From Rebecca billardiae RCC1528 (Eukaryota > Protista > Haptophyta), in NCBI GenBank assembly GCA_965240325.2, contig OZ251228.1, positions 558,001 through 622,000 on the forward strand: a DNA stretch of 64,000 nt, written 5' to 3'. Below are positions 21,671-32,560 of the stretch, one piece after another; position 1 is the stretch's first letter; each line of letters starts with the position of its first letter. The translations under genes and the position numbers were made by a program. The notes beneath the pieces were generated by a model. It did not search any database. It was not told where the DNA came from and saw nothing but the letters and a program-made list of their open reading frames with translations.

Positions 21671-23095
21671 ATGGTCCGCTGTTCAGCCACGGTCGTCGTA
21701 CCGGCCGCTGCCCTCGCCTACCTCTGCCTCCACATCATCTTCATCGCGCCCGAGCAGCTCGTGTGGCAGCAGCCGGGACACACGCCGGGACGCGCACGCA
21801 CGCCGGCGGTAGCGCAGCCGTCCTCCTTCACCAGCGCGGCCGCCAACGTCGCGAGCCGCGGCGTCGATCTCGGGGCGGCCACTCCCCGCCCACCCGTTCC
21901 GGAGGCGGCCGCAGTCGGCCCTGCGCCGGCGGACGAGCCGGCACAGGACGAGGGCGCCGAGCTGGTGGCGTGGTTCGAGCGGCACAACGTGCGCATCCCC
22001 GCGGGCAACGACCTGTCTCAGGAGTGGCTGTACCAGACGCTGCTGCCGCTGTGGGGCACGCGCACGCCGCGCGTGATGGTCGACCTGGGCAGCCACCCGG
22101 CGTTCGGCGACGTGCAGCAGTACAACGACGCGCTGATCTTCATGGAGTACTTCCACGCGGGCGGCGCGGGCGGCGCGGTGCTCGCGGTGGACGCGGTGCC
22201 CGACTTCGCCGAGGACGTGCGGCTGCGGATGCACGGCACGGCGCCGTACGGCGCGATGGTCGGCGTGAAGCGCGTCTCGGTCGCCGCGTGGGTGGGCAAC
22301 GCGGACGCGTACCTGACGGGCGCGCCGAACCGCAGCGTGTCGTTCGCGCGGCAGATGGGGTACTGCCTGTCGGGCCACTCGTTCGACCACCTGGTGAAGT
22401 ACTGCGAGCTCGAGCGCGCGGGCCGGCCCGAGCACATGTGCCGCGTGACGCGGCGTCGGCTGGGCATCGTGTGCGAGCCGGGCAGCTCGGGCGCGCAGCC
22501 GGCGCCCGCTGTCGGGTACGAGTCGGCGCTGCGCGCGCCGGTCGAGGTGCAGCAGCGCTCGGTGGAGTCGCTGTGGCGGCGCGAGCTGGGCGGCGCACAC
22601 ATCGACCTGCTCAAGGTGGACATCGATATCGGCTGGGACCTGTACGGCGAGGGCATGGGCGCCATCCTGCGCGAGCGCGCCGCGTCGCTGATGGTGATCG
22701 AGATCGACCGCAACTGGCGGCAGCTGCTGGACGGGCGCGGCGCGCGCCCGTCCGAGGTGGTGGAGGAGTTCGTGGGGCTGTTGGCGAAGCACGGGTACGT
22801 GACGTACCTGAAGGTGCCGTGCGCGATCGCCGTGCTGCGCAGCTGCCGGCGCAAGCCGCTGCGCGAGGGCCGCTGCTCGTACAACGCGCCGCGCAACCGC
22901 ACGGTCGGCCTCGAGCGGCTGCTGCGGCTGCCGCCGGGCGCGGCCGGCCGGCTGCCGCACGCGCTCAAGCTGCAGCAGGACCTGCTGGCGGTGGACAGCC
23001 GGCAGACGGAGCTGGTGGCGGCGTTGGACCGGGAGACGCCGCCGTGCCCCGGGCCGGCCGCGCCGCTCACGAGGCCGCGGAGCCTAACGGTCTGA
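21671..23095 (+). CDS. Type II membrane FkbM-like methyltransferase (paralog 2)
   Basis: Aligns along the whole catalytic region with 14093-15886 (VMVDLGSHPAFGD, IDLLKVDID). N-terminal TM segment AALAYLCLHIIFI. Confidence 0.6.
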   Translation: MVRCSATVVVPAAALAYLCLHIIFIAPEQLVWQQPGHTPGRARTPAVAQPSSFTSAAANVASRGVDLGAATPRPPVPEAAAVGPAPADEPAQDEGAELVAWFERHNVRIPAGNDLSQEWLYQTLLPLWGTRTPRVMVDLGSHPAFGDVQQYNDALIFMEYFHAGGAGGAVLAVDAVPDFAEDVRLRMHGTAPYGAMVGVKRVSVAAWVGNADAYLTGAPNRSVSFARQMGYCLSGHSFDHLVKYCELERAGRPEHMCRVTRRRLGIVCEPGSSGAQPAPAVGYESALRAPVEVQQRSVESLWRRELGGAHIDLLKVDIDIGWDLYGEGMGAILRERAASLMVIEIDRNWRQLLDGRGARPSEVVEEFVGLLAKHGYVTYLKVPCAIAVLRSCRRKPLREGRCSYNAPRNRTVGLERLLRLPPGAAGRLPHALKLQQDLLAVDSRQTELVAALDRETPPCPGPAAPLTRPRSLTV

Positions 23096-25949
23096 AGCCT
23101 CTGAAGTCAGCCGCGTGACCGTGCCGGCACGCTGTGATCGTGTGACTGCTGCGTGAGCTGACCATTGAACGTTCGGACCAATACAGGCCTGACCGCACAG
23201 GTCTTGGATGAATCGTCACTACCAACTCACGGGCGCCAATGGCAATATGCTCCTGACACTGCCGCAGCCTACAGTATAAATTGCGTCGTCTCCGGACCGT
23301 CCGGGACGGGTCCGCACGCGGCCCGCAGCGTCGCGGTCTGGCCGCGCGGACCGCGGTCAGGTCCGCACTTCGAACCGGTCCGAATAACGACGACTCGTCG
23401 TCCATGCCAAACGGTAGCTGTTCCGACGAGGAGACCTTCTCGGGGGCGTAGGAGGTCCGTGAGCTGTCTGGTGATGTCTGGCCGATGATCAGCTCAGGCG
23501 CTGGGAGGTGCGCGGGCCTGCGGTCGCCGCCGCCGCCGCACGTTGCCACGGGCTGCACCCATGCCGCAAGCCCCGTGCCAGGATCCGGGAAGTAGACGTC
23601 GTTGTGCTAGTCTTCCGCAGACCGCCATCGGCCGGAGTTCACTCCACCAGGGTGAAGTTCTCCTGCTCAACTAGGTTCGCGTTGCCCTTCTCGATTGAGC
23701 CCGAATCGGCAAGAAAGAACATGTCGAGGGGTCCGGATGATGCGCCGAGCAGGTCGATGACCTGAGGCGGGGGCTCAAAGACGACGTCACGCGCATCGGG
23801 AGGGGGAGGGAGATGGCAATTCTCGTTGCCATACCTGCAGAAACCCTTTGGGGGGGACATGATGTCGTCGAGTGTGTCGAGAGGCGACGGGCGGGCGGCG
23901 GCAAAAGCTATGCGCATAGACCCCTTCAGGGACGGTACGGCAGCCATGCTGATGTCGGTTCGCAGCCGTCTCGAGGAGCGTCTCGGGGTACGCTGGGCGT
24001 CTCGGGGCCATGAGGGTGAGCATGCGCGGCGGCCGAGCTCGCCGAGCCAGAAGCCACGAGGGGGCGACCTGCCCTGTGGGACAGGTCGATGCGTGTGCGA
24101 CTGTTGGCGCTGCCGCCGGCCCGCTGATCCCGCTCGAGTGTGCTCGTCTCGACCACCACGCGCACCCACGACCAGCTGCATTCAGTAGTTGCTGCTCGGC
24201 CGTTTGGTTCGGCGGTGACGGCGCGTACTGGAGTCAGGTTGGGCGAGGTATGTGAGACCGGGTGTGGGGGCGGGGGCAGTTCGGCTGGTGCGTGGCGCCG
24301 GGTACGTTGCAACGCTCTCGCGCCACGCGCCGTCGAGTAGCATGCACTGGGGCCACTATACCGCCGCACGCGCTGCCATTGCCGTTGCGAGCGTGCGGCC
24401 GAACGGACAGCTCGAATCTGAGCCGTGGCCAGCTCGTGCGCACTCGTGCGGGTATGCTACGGGGCCTCGCGCTTCATGATCTCAGTGGCACCAACTCAGC
24501 ATCATCAGTGCATCCGCGAAAGCGCGGCTCGAATATTTTACTACTCATCGTCGTGTGTGCGTCAGTCACTGTCAGTGCCGTCACTTCAGGGGTCGTGCGC
24601 GTCACACATCAGTCTTGACAGACGGTGTGACACACTCGGCTTCAGCTAGAGTGGTGCACTACCGCTGCTGCTGTGCAGGCCGTGATGTAGTGCTTATATG
24701 CACACTCGTGTGGGTAATACCGCGGGTTCCACGCCGCTGCGGCGGTGGCGCAGCATCAGCGTGCTGCCTACTCCTATCATTGATCGAAATCTCAGCCACG
24801 CCGCGCCGCGCCACGGCACCACCGCCCGTCAGGCGTGAGCGGAGCTGCCTGCCCTGTGCCAGCCGAACTACGTAGTGCTCATTGTATACGCGGAGCCTAA
24901 CACTCCGGCGCGTATTAGGTCACTCAGTGAGACCGCGCTGCGGGCGTGCACGCGCACGTGGGGGTAAGGGCATCCGGCGAGTACGCGTGCTGCTTGCGCC
25001 GTGCGCGCGCGCGGTGCTACCGCGCTCTCTGCTCAGTTTTGTTAAACACCTGCCGCACTGCTCTAAGGGCTGTCTGCGGCGCTCCGCGGGCGGCCATGCA
25101 CTGTGATCCAGTGCGGATGTGAGAGACATGCAGTGCGGCGACACGCTGTGATTCTCGGCCGAGGTGCCGAGCGCGGCCCCGCCCGGCGCAGTTTGTCGTC
25201 CATCTCTAAAAGCTACCAGCCTGCCAGGAGCGATTCATATTCGCGTGGGGGCCAACCCTGGCGTGCACCGTCCAGCAGCATGCCGCTGAGGGCACTCGCC
25301 GGGCGCGCGCCGTCCGATGCACCGCCAACCTGCTGCAGACGGGCACCGCCAGTCGCCAGCGCGGGGCTGCTCGCGGCAGCGGACGAGGCGCGTCGGCCGC
25401 TGGGTGGCCTGACGGTCCACGCGCCTGAGCGAGCACCCACGAGCACCCGCGAGCAGCGCACAGCAACGCGTGCGATGCGTGCGCAGCCCTCGGCACCCGC
25501 AACACTGCACCCGTCTGCTGCGCAGCGCGAGCGGGCGCGTGTGCGGCGCCCCCGCTAGCTGGCACCCAAAGGCTCTCGCGCGAGCAGATCAAGCGGCCCT
25601 GCCATACCGTGTCGTGGCTGTGCACGGATCCGCGCGTGCGCAGCCATGGGCCAGCAGGCAGGCCTGTCGCGGCTCCGCGACCGGTGTGTCGCAGCCACAG
25701 CTGCTGCCGTGCGGTGACAGCGCAGCCCGCGCGCCGCTCGCGGTGCAGCAGCGCCAACCACGTGGCACGCGCCGAACAGCTGGCTGATCGCTAGGCTACA
25801 GATGTCACTGGTGGGTGTGGTCTTGCCCTTGCGCCATCGTTCCCACGCAGAAACCAGTAGGGTCGCGTGGTGAAGGATTGCCCCGCTGTTGACAGGCGCG
25901 CACACGTGTTCGCAGCATCGCTCCGAGCAGCCGAGTCTGACGCGGTCGC

Positions 25950-26184
25950 AAAACTATCGAGCAGGCAACCTTGTGCAATCAGTCCCATGCGATGGGGCCG
26001 TCGCGCGCGCGACAAGAAGAGGCCGCGTTGGATAATCACCCGCATCGAGCACATCAGCACGGACAGCGGCGAGCTGGTGGATCCAGATGCTCGCGTTAAC
26101 GGCGAACACCTTACCAGCGAGCTCATCAACGCCGATCACCTCCGAGACGGGCGCCAAGTCCTTCAACAAGTCCTTAACGCCCGT
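25950..26184 (-). pseudogene. XPG/FEN1/EXO1-family nuclease N-domain fragment, decayed
   Basis: (ACG)GVKDLLKDLAPVSEVIGVDELAGKVFAVNASIWIHQ resembles the XPG_N consensus MGVxxL...L.GK..AVDASIW. The start codon is ACG, the conserved Asp is Asn, and the frame ends shortly after. Confidence 0.6.
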
Positions 26185-26279
26185 CGGCTAGCACGTCGAC
26201 GCCGCAGCAAGGTGCTCGCCGGGCATCCAGAGACGCCACCAGCGTACCCCGAGACGACCTGCGCTGGTCTTGGGTCAGC

Positions 26280-27558
26280 ATGGCTGCCGTAACCCGGCCA
26301 GAGACCGAGCTCGAGCGCGCGGCCCGCGCGTACGCCGCGTACCTGGGCGCGCAGGCGAATGTGCAAATGGCCGAGGACCCGGAGGCCATCCGCGTGGCAG
26401 CGAACGCGCGGTACGAGGCGGCAGGCTTCCCTGAGCTCATGTACCCGCCGACAAACCTGATCGCAGCGCCCGAGTGCGACGCGTGCGGCAACCCCGGCGC
26501 TCGGAGTCACTGCGCCGGGTGCAAGAGCGTGCAATGTGCGCGCGGCTCCGCGCGGGTGGGGTGGTCGGTCCAGGCGACGCGTCTCACTTCCCCTCTCCAT
26601 CCGTGGCACCTTGTCGCACCCGGACTGCGGCCGTGCGGCAGACTGCTCGGCGGAGTGCCAGCGGTGGGACTGGAAGAAGGGCGGGCACAAGGCGGCATGC
26701 GCGGACATCCAGTCGCAGCTGCGCGCGGACGGCGCCGCCGTCGCCGCGCAGCTCGGCGACTCGTTCCTCCCGATGGGCGCGCGGCTCGACGACCTCCACC
26801 GCGTGGACGTGTCGTTCGCGTACCGCGCGGCGCTCGAGGCGGGCCTGCATGCGTCCCTGCTCACGTTCCTGCGCGACGACGCGGCGGGCGTGACGGCGAG
26901 GTTCCGCTCGGGCGAGGCGTGCTCGGGCGTGGGCCTCGCGCTCAACGTGCTCTTCAGAGGCCAGCGCCGATCGCGCGGCGCGGGCACGCGCTACACGCGC
27001 GCGGACGGCGGGCGCGCGGCCGCCTTCATCGAGTCTCACCCGGATGCGTGGCCGGCGTGGCTCGGCGCGGTGAAGGCGCTCGTCGAGACGATGGCGGACA
27101 GGGAGCTCAAGCGCATGGGGCAGGGCATGGCCGCGCAGCCCCCCGCGCGCGACGCGCTCGCCTCTTTGCTGCTCGTGCTCGCGCGCGAGGAGGTGGCGCG
27201 CGCCCTCTGCTTCGTGCCACCGGGCGGCGCGCGCTCGGCGCGGCCAGAGCTGGCGAGCGCACGCATGGCGCACACGGCGGGCGCGTGCCGCCGCATGCTC
27301 GAGAGCGCGCGCAAGGCCAGTGCCCTCGGCGCCGACCCCGGCTCGAACATCGAGGGGTACCTCAACCAGGTGATCGCGCAGCTCGATCTGTGGACGAAGC
27401 GGTTTGAGATCCCGGATGTGGACGTGCTCGGCATGCAGCGCTTCAGCAGCGCAGAGCGCGCCGCGTACCGTGCGATGGCGGAGCCGCTCGCGCGCGTCTT
27501 CGTCGAGTACGGCTGCATGCCGCCGGCACACGTGTCGAATGCGGCACTTGGGCGCTGA
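26280..27558 (+). CDS. MYND zinc-finger protein; intron 26536-26641
   Basis: Splicing restores CDACG...CAGCKSVQ|YCSAECQRWDWKKGGHKAAC, a complete MYND finger. Confidence 0.88.
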
Positions 27559-27998
27559 GCCCGGCTGCTGCATCTCATCCGCCGTACGTCATCATCATCA
27601 TGTTACTATGCTGTCGTCATCACCACGGTCGCAACGCTGAGACGCAGCACGACTGCATGCGCGTTTATTCGTCGTCCGGCCGTTTCGCGAGAATCGCGAT
27701 TGGCAGCGGTTATTTCACGTCGACTACGAGTTCGACGTCGTTACCATCATTAGCATCGCATGACGATCGTCGTCATCTTCGCGCCACCAGCAGCATATCG
27801 CAGCATCGTCGTGATGATGATTATTGTCGTAATCATCAGAGTCAGCATTATTGTCAATAATGCTGTGAATAATGTCAGTCGGACGTCATGGAGTGAGGAG
27901 TCGTCAGCGCGATGCAGCATTAGTAAGTGAGCATGGAGAATGACGCCATGACGACCGTCGCGGCGAAGGGGAGGTCGAGGGTTGGAGCCGCCCGCCGC

Positions 27999-30763
27999 CT
28001 ACTCCAGCTCATCTTCAACCGCCTCGTCGCCACCGCCGCCAGCCTGAGCCGCCGAGCCGTCGGCATCACCAGGCCGAGAGGCGCCATCCTCGAGCCCGTC
28101 GAACGTGCCCAGCGTCGGGTCGTCCAGGTCGTCCGCCGCATACGCCGCGCCGCTCGGACCGCCCGGCACCAGGAAGGCGCGCGCGCGCGCGGGCGAGAAG
28201 TCGCTGCCCTCGACCTCGTCGGTGCTGATGGGCAGCAGCTCGGCACGCTGCGCGCACACGGCCGTCCAGAGCGAGGAGTGGCCCGCGGCGTCCCCGTCCG
28301 TCGCCTCGAGGGCCCTGAGGGTGTCGTTGTACTCAGCCGGAAGCTCGACGCGGACGCACGCCGCGCGCATGGCGCGGAGGCACGCGACTGCCTGCCTCCC
28401 GTCCTCCTCGTCCTCTCGCGCGCTCGCGGCGAGCTGCAGCGTGACCGTGCGCAGCTGCGAGAGCGCGGCGCCGCTCAGGTCCGTGGTGCGGTTGGCCATC
28501 ATCGCCTCGAAGTCCGGGAGCGGGTCGGCGAGGCGCACGGTGCGCACGTCGTCTGGAGCGAGCTGCCCGCCCGCGCCGACCGCTGTGCCACTCAGCCTGA
28601 TGGCGCCGCGCGCCGCCTGAGGGGCCGGCCTGTCGGCGCGCCCCGCGCCCTCGCCCTCCTCCTCCACCGCCGCCTGCAGCCGCGCGACGGCCTGCGCGCG
28701 CGCGCCCGCGCCGCCGTCCTCGTCGACCCACGGCACGTTCAGCGGGCGCTTACGCCCGCCGCCGCCGCCCGCCGCTGGCTTGGCCGTGGGGCACGCTTCC
28801 CGGAACCTTCCGAGAACGCCGGCCGAGGCGCTGACCAGCCGAGGATCGGGCGCGAGCTGCGGCGCGCGGGGCGAGGGCACGAGGCGCACGCGGCGCGAGG
28901 ACACGCGCACGCGCGCGTCAGCCACGCTTGCCCGCCCCCTCGCCGCTGCCTCGCGGCACGCGCGCTCACGCTCGGGGGCGACGCAGCCGCGCGCGCGGCG
29001 CAGTCGGCGGCGCGCTCGCGTGCCCAACGGCGTGCGCACCGTGCCCTGAGCCTCAGCGTCGGGCGTCGGGAGTGCGCTGCCCGGGTGCAGCGCGCGCGCG
29101 ACGGCCGCGGCGTACACGTGGTGCAGCTGCGGATTGGGCGTCGCCTTGGGCCGGAGCAGCTCACGCACGGGCGCGTCCGCTGCCGCGTCGTCAGGGTCGG
29201 CGGCGACAAGCTCGAAGGCATCGATCAACGCGCCCGCTGCCGCGCGCTGCTCGGCCGTGGGCGCGTCTCGCGCGCCCGCGCGGCCCCAGCCGAGCGCGCG
29301 CACGTCGTCGGCGCTGGGCAGCTCGGTGAGGTAGAAGAAGTAGGCGCCCTCGTCCGCGAGCAGCTTCGCCGCGGGGAAGCACGCGCACACCTTCGGCGCG
29401 GCGTTCTTGCGCGGGACGAAGCGCACCAGCATCACGCGCTGCGCCTGCTTGCACGCGTACGCGAGTGCCGAGAGCGCCTCGCGCGCGTGCGCGCTGCCCT
29501 CGGCCGGGGTGAGCACGTCCACGCCGCCGACGCGGTGGTGCGCGGGCAGCTCGGCCGCGTCGACGAAGCCGAGCAGCTGCATGCACTTCTCGCCCGACTT
29601 CCACTCGAGGTCCGCCAGGTCCACCGCGCCAAAGGGCACGAGGTCTGAGCCATAACGAAACGCTTTGACGATCTGGTCGGGGGCGAGCTCGCGCTCGTCG
29701 GCGTCGCCGTGCGCGTGGGAGAAGGCCTCCTTGAGCACGTGCCAGCGCACGTCCGGCGGCTCGTCCGCCTCCGCCGACACGAGCGCCGAGCCGCCCGCGC
29801 CGCCGCCCGCACCGCCCTCCTCCTCCTCCTCCGCGGCGCGCGCCACGAGTGAGAAGGGTTTGAACGACGGCTTCAGCAGCTCGTGCCGCACCTTCGTCCA
29901 GACGCGCACGGCGAGCTTGAGCGAGGGGCCGAGCTCGAGCGCGCCGTCGTACACGGAGGTGGCCTTCTTCTCGCGCGGGCGCAGCCGCTCGCGGATCTGC
30001 CCGGCCGTGCGCACCGCGCGCACTTCGCAGTGCGCCTCGCCGAGCGCAGTGCGGACCGCGCGCAGAACAGCCGCACTCGCCTGCTGCGCGGCCGAGCCGC
30101 TGCCCACGCCATCCTCCTCGTCCACGCCGAAGCCGATGGTGTACATCACGAGCACTCTGCCAGCGGGCGTGCGAAGGGCGAGGCATGGCGCCGCGTCGAT
30201 CCGCTGCTCGGCGCGCGGATGCGCGGTGGGCGCGGGCGCGCGCGCGGGACGCGCGCTCGGCGCGCGGGCGCGCGGGCGCACATGTCGAGCTCGCGGCACA
30301 CGGCGCAGATGCCGTCGATAAAGTCCGCGTCGAGCTCGGGCGCGGGCTCTTCGCCCGCCGTGATCAACACCATGCGCCGCTTCAGACGCGAGCTCGGCCG
30401 CTGCTTGAACAGGTCGATCGCGACGGCGATCGCGCAGAGCAGGTCCGCGCCGCCCGGGCCGGTCGACGCGCTCTGCAGCGTCTGCAGGATGTCCAGGCCG
30501 ACGCTGAGGGAGGAGAGGAGGCCGTGCGTCGTCTGGATGTGCGCGTACGCCTGCCGAGACTCGTCGTCCATCCCTTCGCCCGTGTACACGTGGTTGTCGG
30601 ACGACTCGGAGCCGACGAGGACGAGCGCGAGCTCGTCATTGTGGTAGTGGATCACCTTGCGCTCGACGACGGCCTTGATGGCGGCCGTCGCGCCGGCGAG
30701 GTGCGAGCGCATTGACGGGCCCACGTCGAGGACGAAGGCCAGCGCCTGCCTCTGCGCAGCCAT
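27999..30763 (-). CDS. KU80: Ku80 (XRCC5) NHEJ DNA end-binding protein; introns 30157-30281 and 28857-29039
   Basis: vWA start ALAFVLDVGPSM...DELALVLVGS. Ku core KAFRYGSDLVPF...MQLLGF...LPSADDVR. PNPQL...ARALHP and a C-terminal helical domain (CLRAMRAACV). Confidence 0.88.
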
Positions 30764-30977
30764 CACGCGGGGGCTTGAGAGAGCACGCTGCGGCGGGCGC
30801 GGCCAGCGCGATCGACCAGAGTTGGCGTGACGAGCGTCCCAGCGGCGAGGCGCGAGCGGCGGCCCGTTGGAGAGAGTCCGGCCGCCGGACTTTACACTTC
30901 GGAAGCGAACTGTCTTGACCAACTTCCGCAGCGATGGCTGCGCACGGCGCCGAGCTTTGAGCCCAGGCCACCTCCCC

Positions 30978-32201
30978 ATGAAGCTCACGGCGCCCCGGCT
31001 TGCCTGCGCCGCCTTCGCCGTCAGCGCGCTCTGCCTGACGCTCGGCGTCTTCAGCCGCCGACAGATCATCCAGCTCTCCTGCCTCAGCCGCTCGAGCTCC
31101 GCGCTGCTGCACGCCGCGCTCGTGCCGCTTCACCTCGAGAGCGGCGCGCAGCTCGCAGACGAGGGCGGCGACCACGCGGGCTCGGGCGTGCTGCTCTTCG
31201 CATACGCGCAGAACGCGACGGCCCTCCAGCGCTACGTGCGCGAGGCCGCGCTCTCCGCGCGCGGCCTCAAGGCGCGCAACCCGCGGCTGCGCGTCGCGCT
31301 CGCCACGAACGCGCACGAGCAGGCGCGCGCCATGCGCGACGCGTTCGACGTGGTCGTGCCGATCCGGCCGGACCACGTGTTCTCCGGCGGGTACAAGACG
31401 CCCGCGCCGAACGGCACCTTCCGCCTCAAGACGCGCCAGTGGCTGAGCCGCATCTACTACCTCGCGCACACGCCGTTTGCTCTCACGCTCGCGCTCGACG
31501 GGCAGGCGGTGACGTGCACCGACCAGCTCGCGCAGATCCTGCAGCGCGAGGAGCGCGCGGCGCCGTGGTACGACCTGGCGTACAACACGCAGCAGCGCAG
31601 CTCGAAGCCGCACAACTGGGCCCTCCTCTACCGCTCCAACCCGGCGACGCGCGCGCTGCTGCGCGACTGGTTCGTACACCAGGTCAACCGCGACGCAATG
31701 GGCGAGGATCAGACGACGCTGCACGACGTCGTCGAGCGCGCGCTCGCCGCGGGCACGATCCGGCGCGCGCGGCTGCACTCCGACTTCGCCGCGGCGTTCG
31801 CGCCGGTCACGCCGAACGCCATCAGGCCGCGCACGACGCAGGTGCTCACCAGCCCCGCGCGCCTCTTCCACATGTACGTGCGCGACCAGGGCGAGGCGGA
31901 GCAGGTGTGCGCCAAGCTGAACGCGCACGGCGCGAGGCGGCGCGTGATCGTGCAGCCGACGGCGCGGAAGCACGCCAAGTTCATGCAGCAGGAGTGGGTG
32001 ACCGTGCTCAACGCGTCGCACTTCCGCGCCGCGGTGGAGACTGAGCCCCCCGCGCCGCCGAACGAGCACGTCTGGGCGTGCGCCGAGGGCAGCCGCCTGC
32101 CGCTCGTGTACGCGTGGGAGGCGCACTCGCAGTGCACGTGGCGGCCGCCCGACGCCGGCGGCGGCGGCTGGCTCTCGACGACAACGTACGTCGGGCAATG
32201 A
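30978..32201 (+). CDS. Putative Golgi GT-A-fold glycosyltransferase-like protein
   Basis: N-terminal signal anchor. SRIYYLAHTPFALTLALDGQ (the usual DxD position, here degenerate) and GEDQTTL are reminiscent of GT8/GT77-like enzymes. Confidence 0.5.
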   Translation: MKLTAPRLACAAFAVSALCLTLGVFSRRQIIQLSCLSRSSSALLHAALVPLHLESGAQLADEGGDHAGSGVLLFAYAQNATALQRYVREAALSARGLKARNPRLRVALATNAHEQARAMRDAFDVVVPIRPDHVFSGGYKTPAPNGTFRLKTRQWLSRIYYLAHTPFALTLALDGQAVTCTDQLAQILQREERAAPWYDLAYNTQQRSSKPHNWALLYRSNPATRALLRDWFVHQVNRDAMGEDQTTLHDVVERALAAGTIRRARLHSDFAAAFAPVTPNAIRPRTTQVLTSPARLFHMYVRDQGEAEQVCAKLNAHGARRRVIVQPTARKHAKFMQQEWVTVLNASHFRAAVETEPPAPPNEHVWACAEGSRLPLVYAWEAHSQCTWRPPDAGGGGWLSTTTYVGQ

Positions 32202-32560
32202 GCGCAGATCGCGCGCGCGTGGGGCGGGGGGCGAGCCCGTGGACGCTCGCTCGGCCACAAGGCGGCGTGCTACGCGCCCCGATGACGGCGCCGAATAGTA
32301 GGCTGCAGATGGCGAGCTCCGAGCGAGCTCGCACGCTGCAGCCTGCAGCTGCGCACTCGCAGCCTCACATTCTTCTAGTTCTGCTGCGCGTCATTTTTCC
32401 TACTTCTGCCGAACGCCTTTACCCGGCCCATATCGTCGTCATCAACAGCCATTCCTAATTAGTTGCAATCAACCGGCCCCGGCCGGCTTGGCCAAAGCTT
32501 GGCGCTTCGTCATCATCACCGTCTTTCGGCCGACCGGAGCCGACCGAGGCCGAGAGGGCG

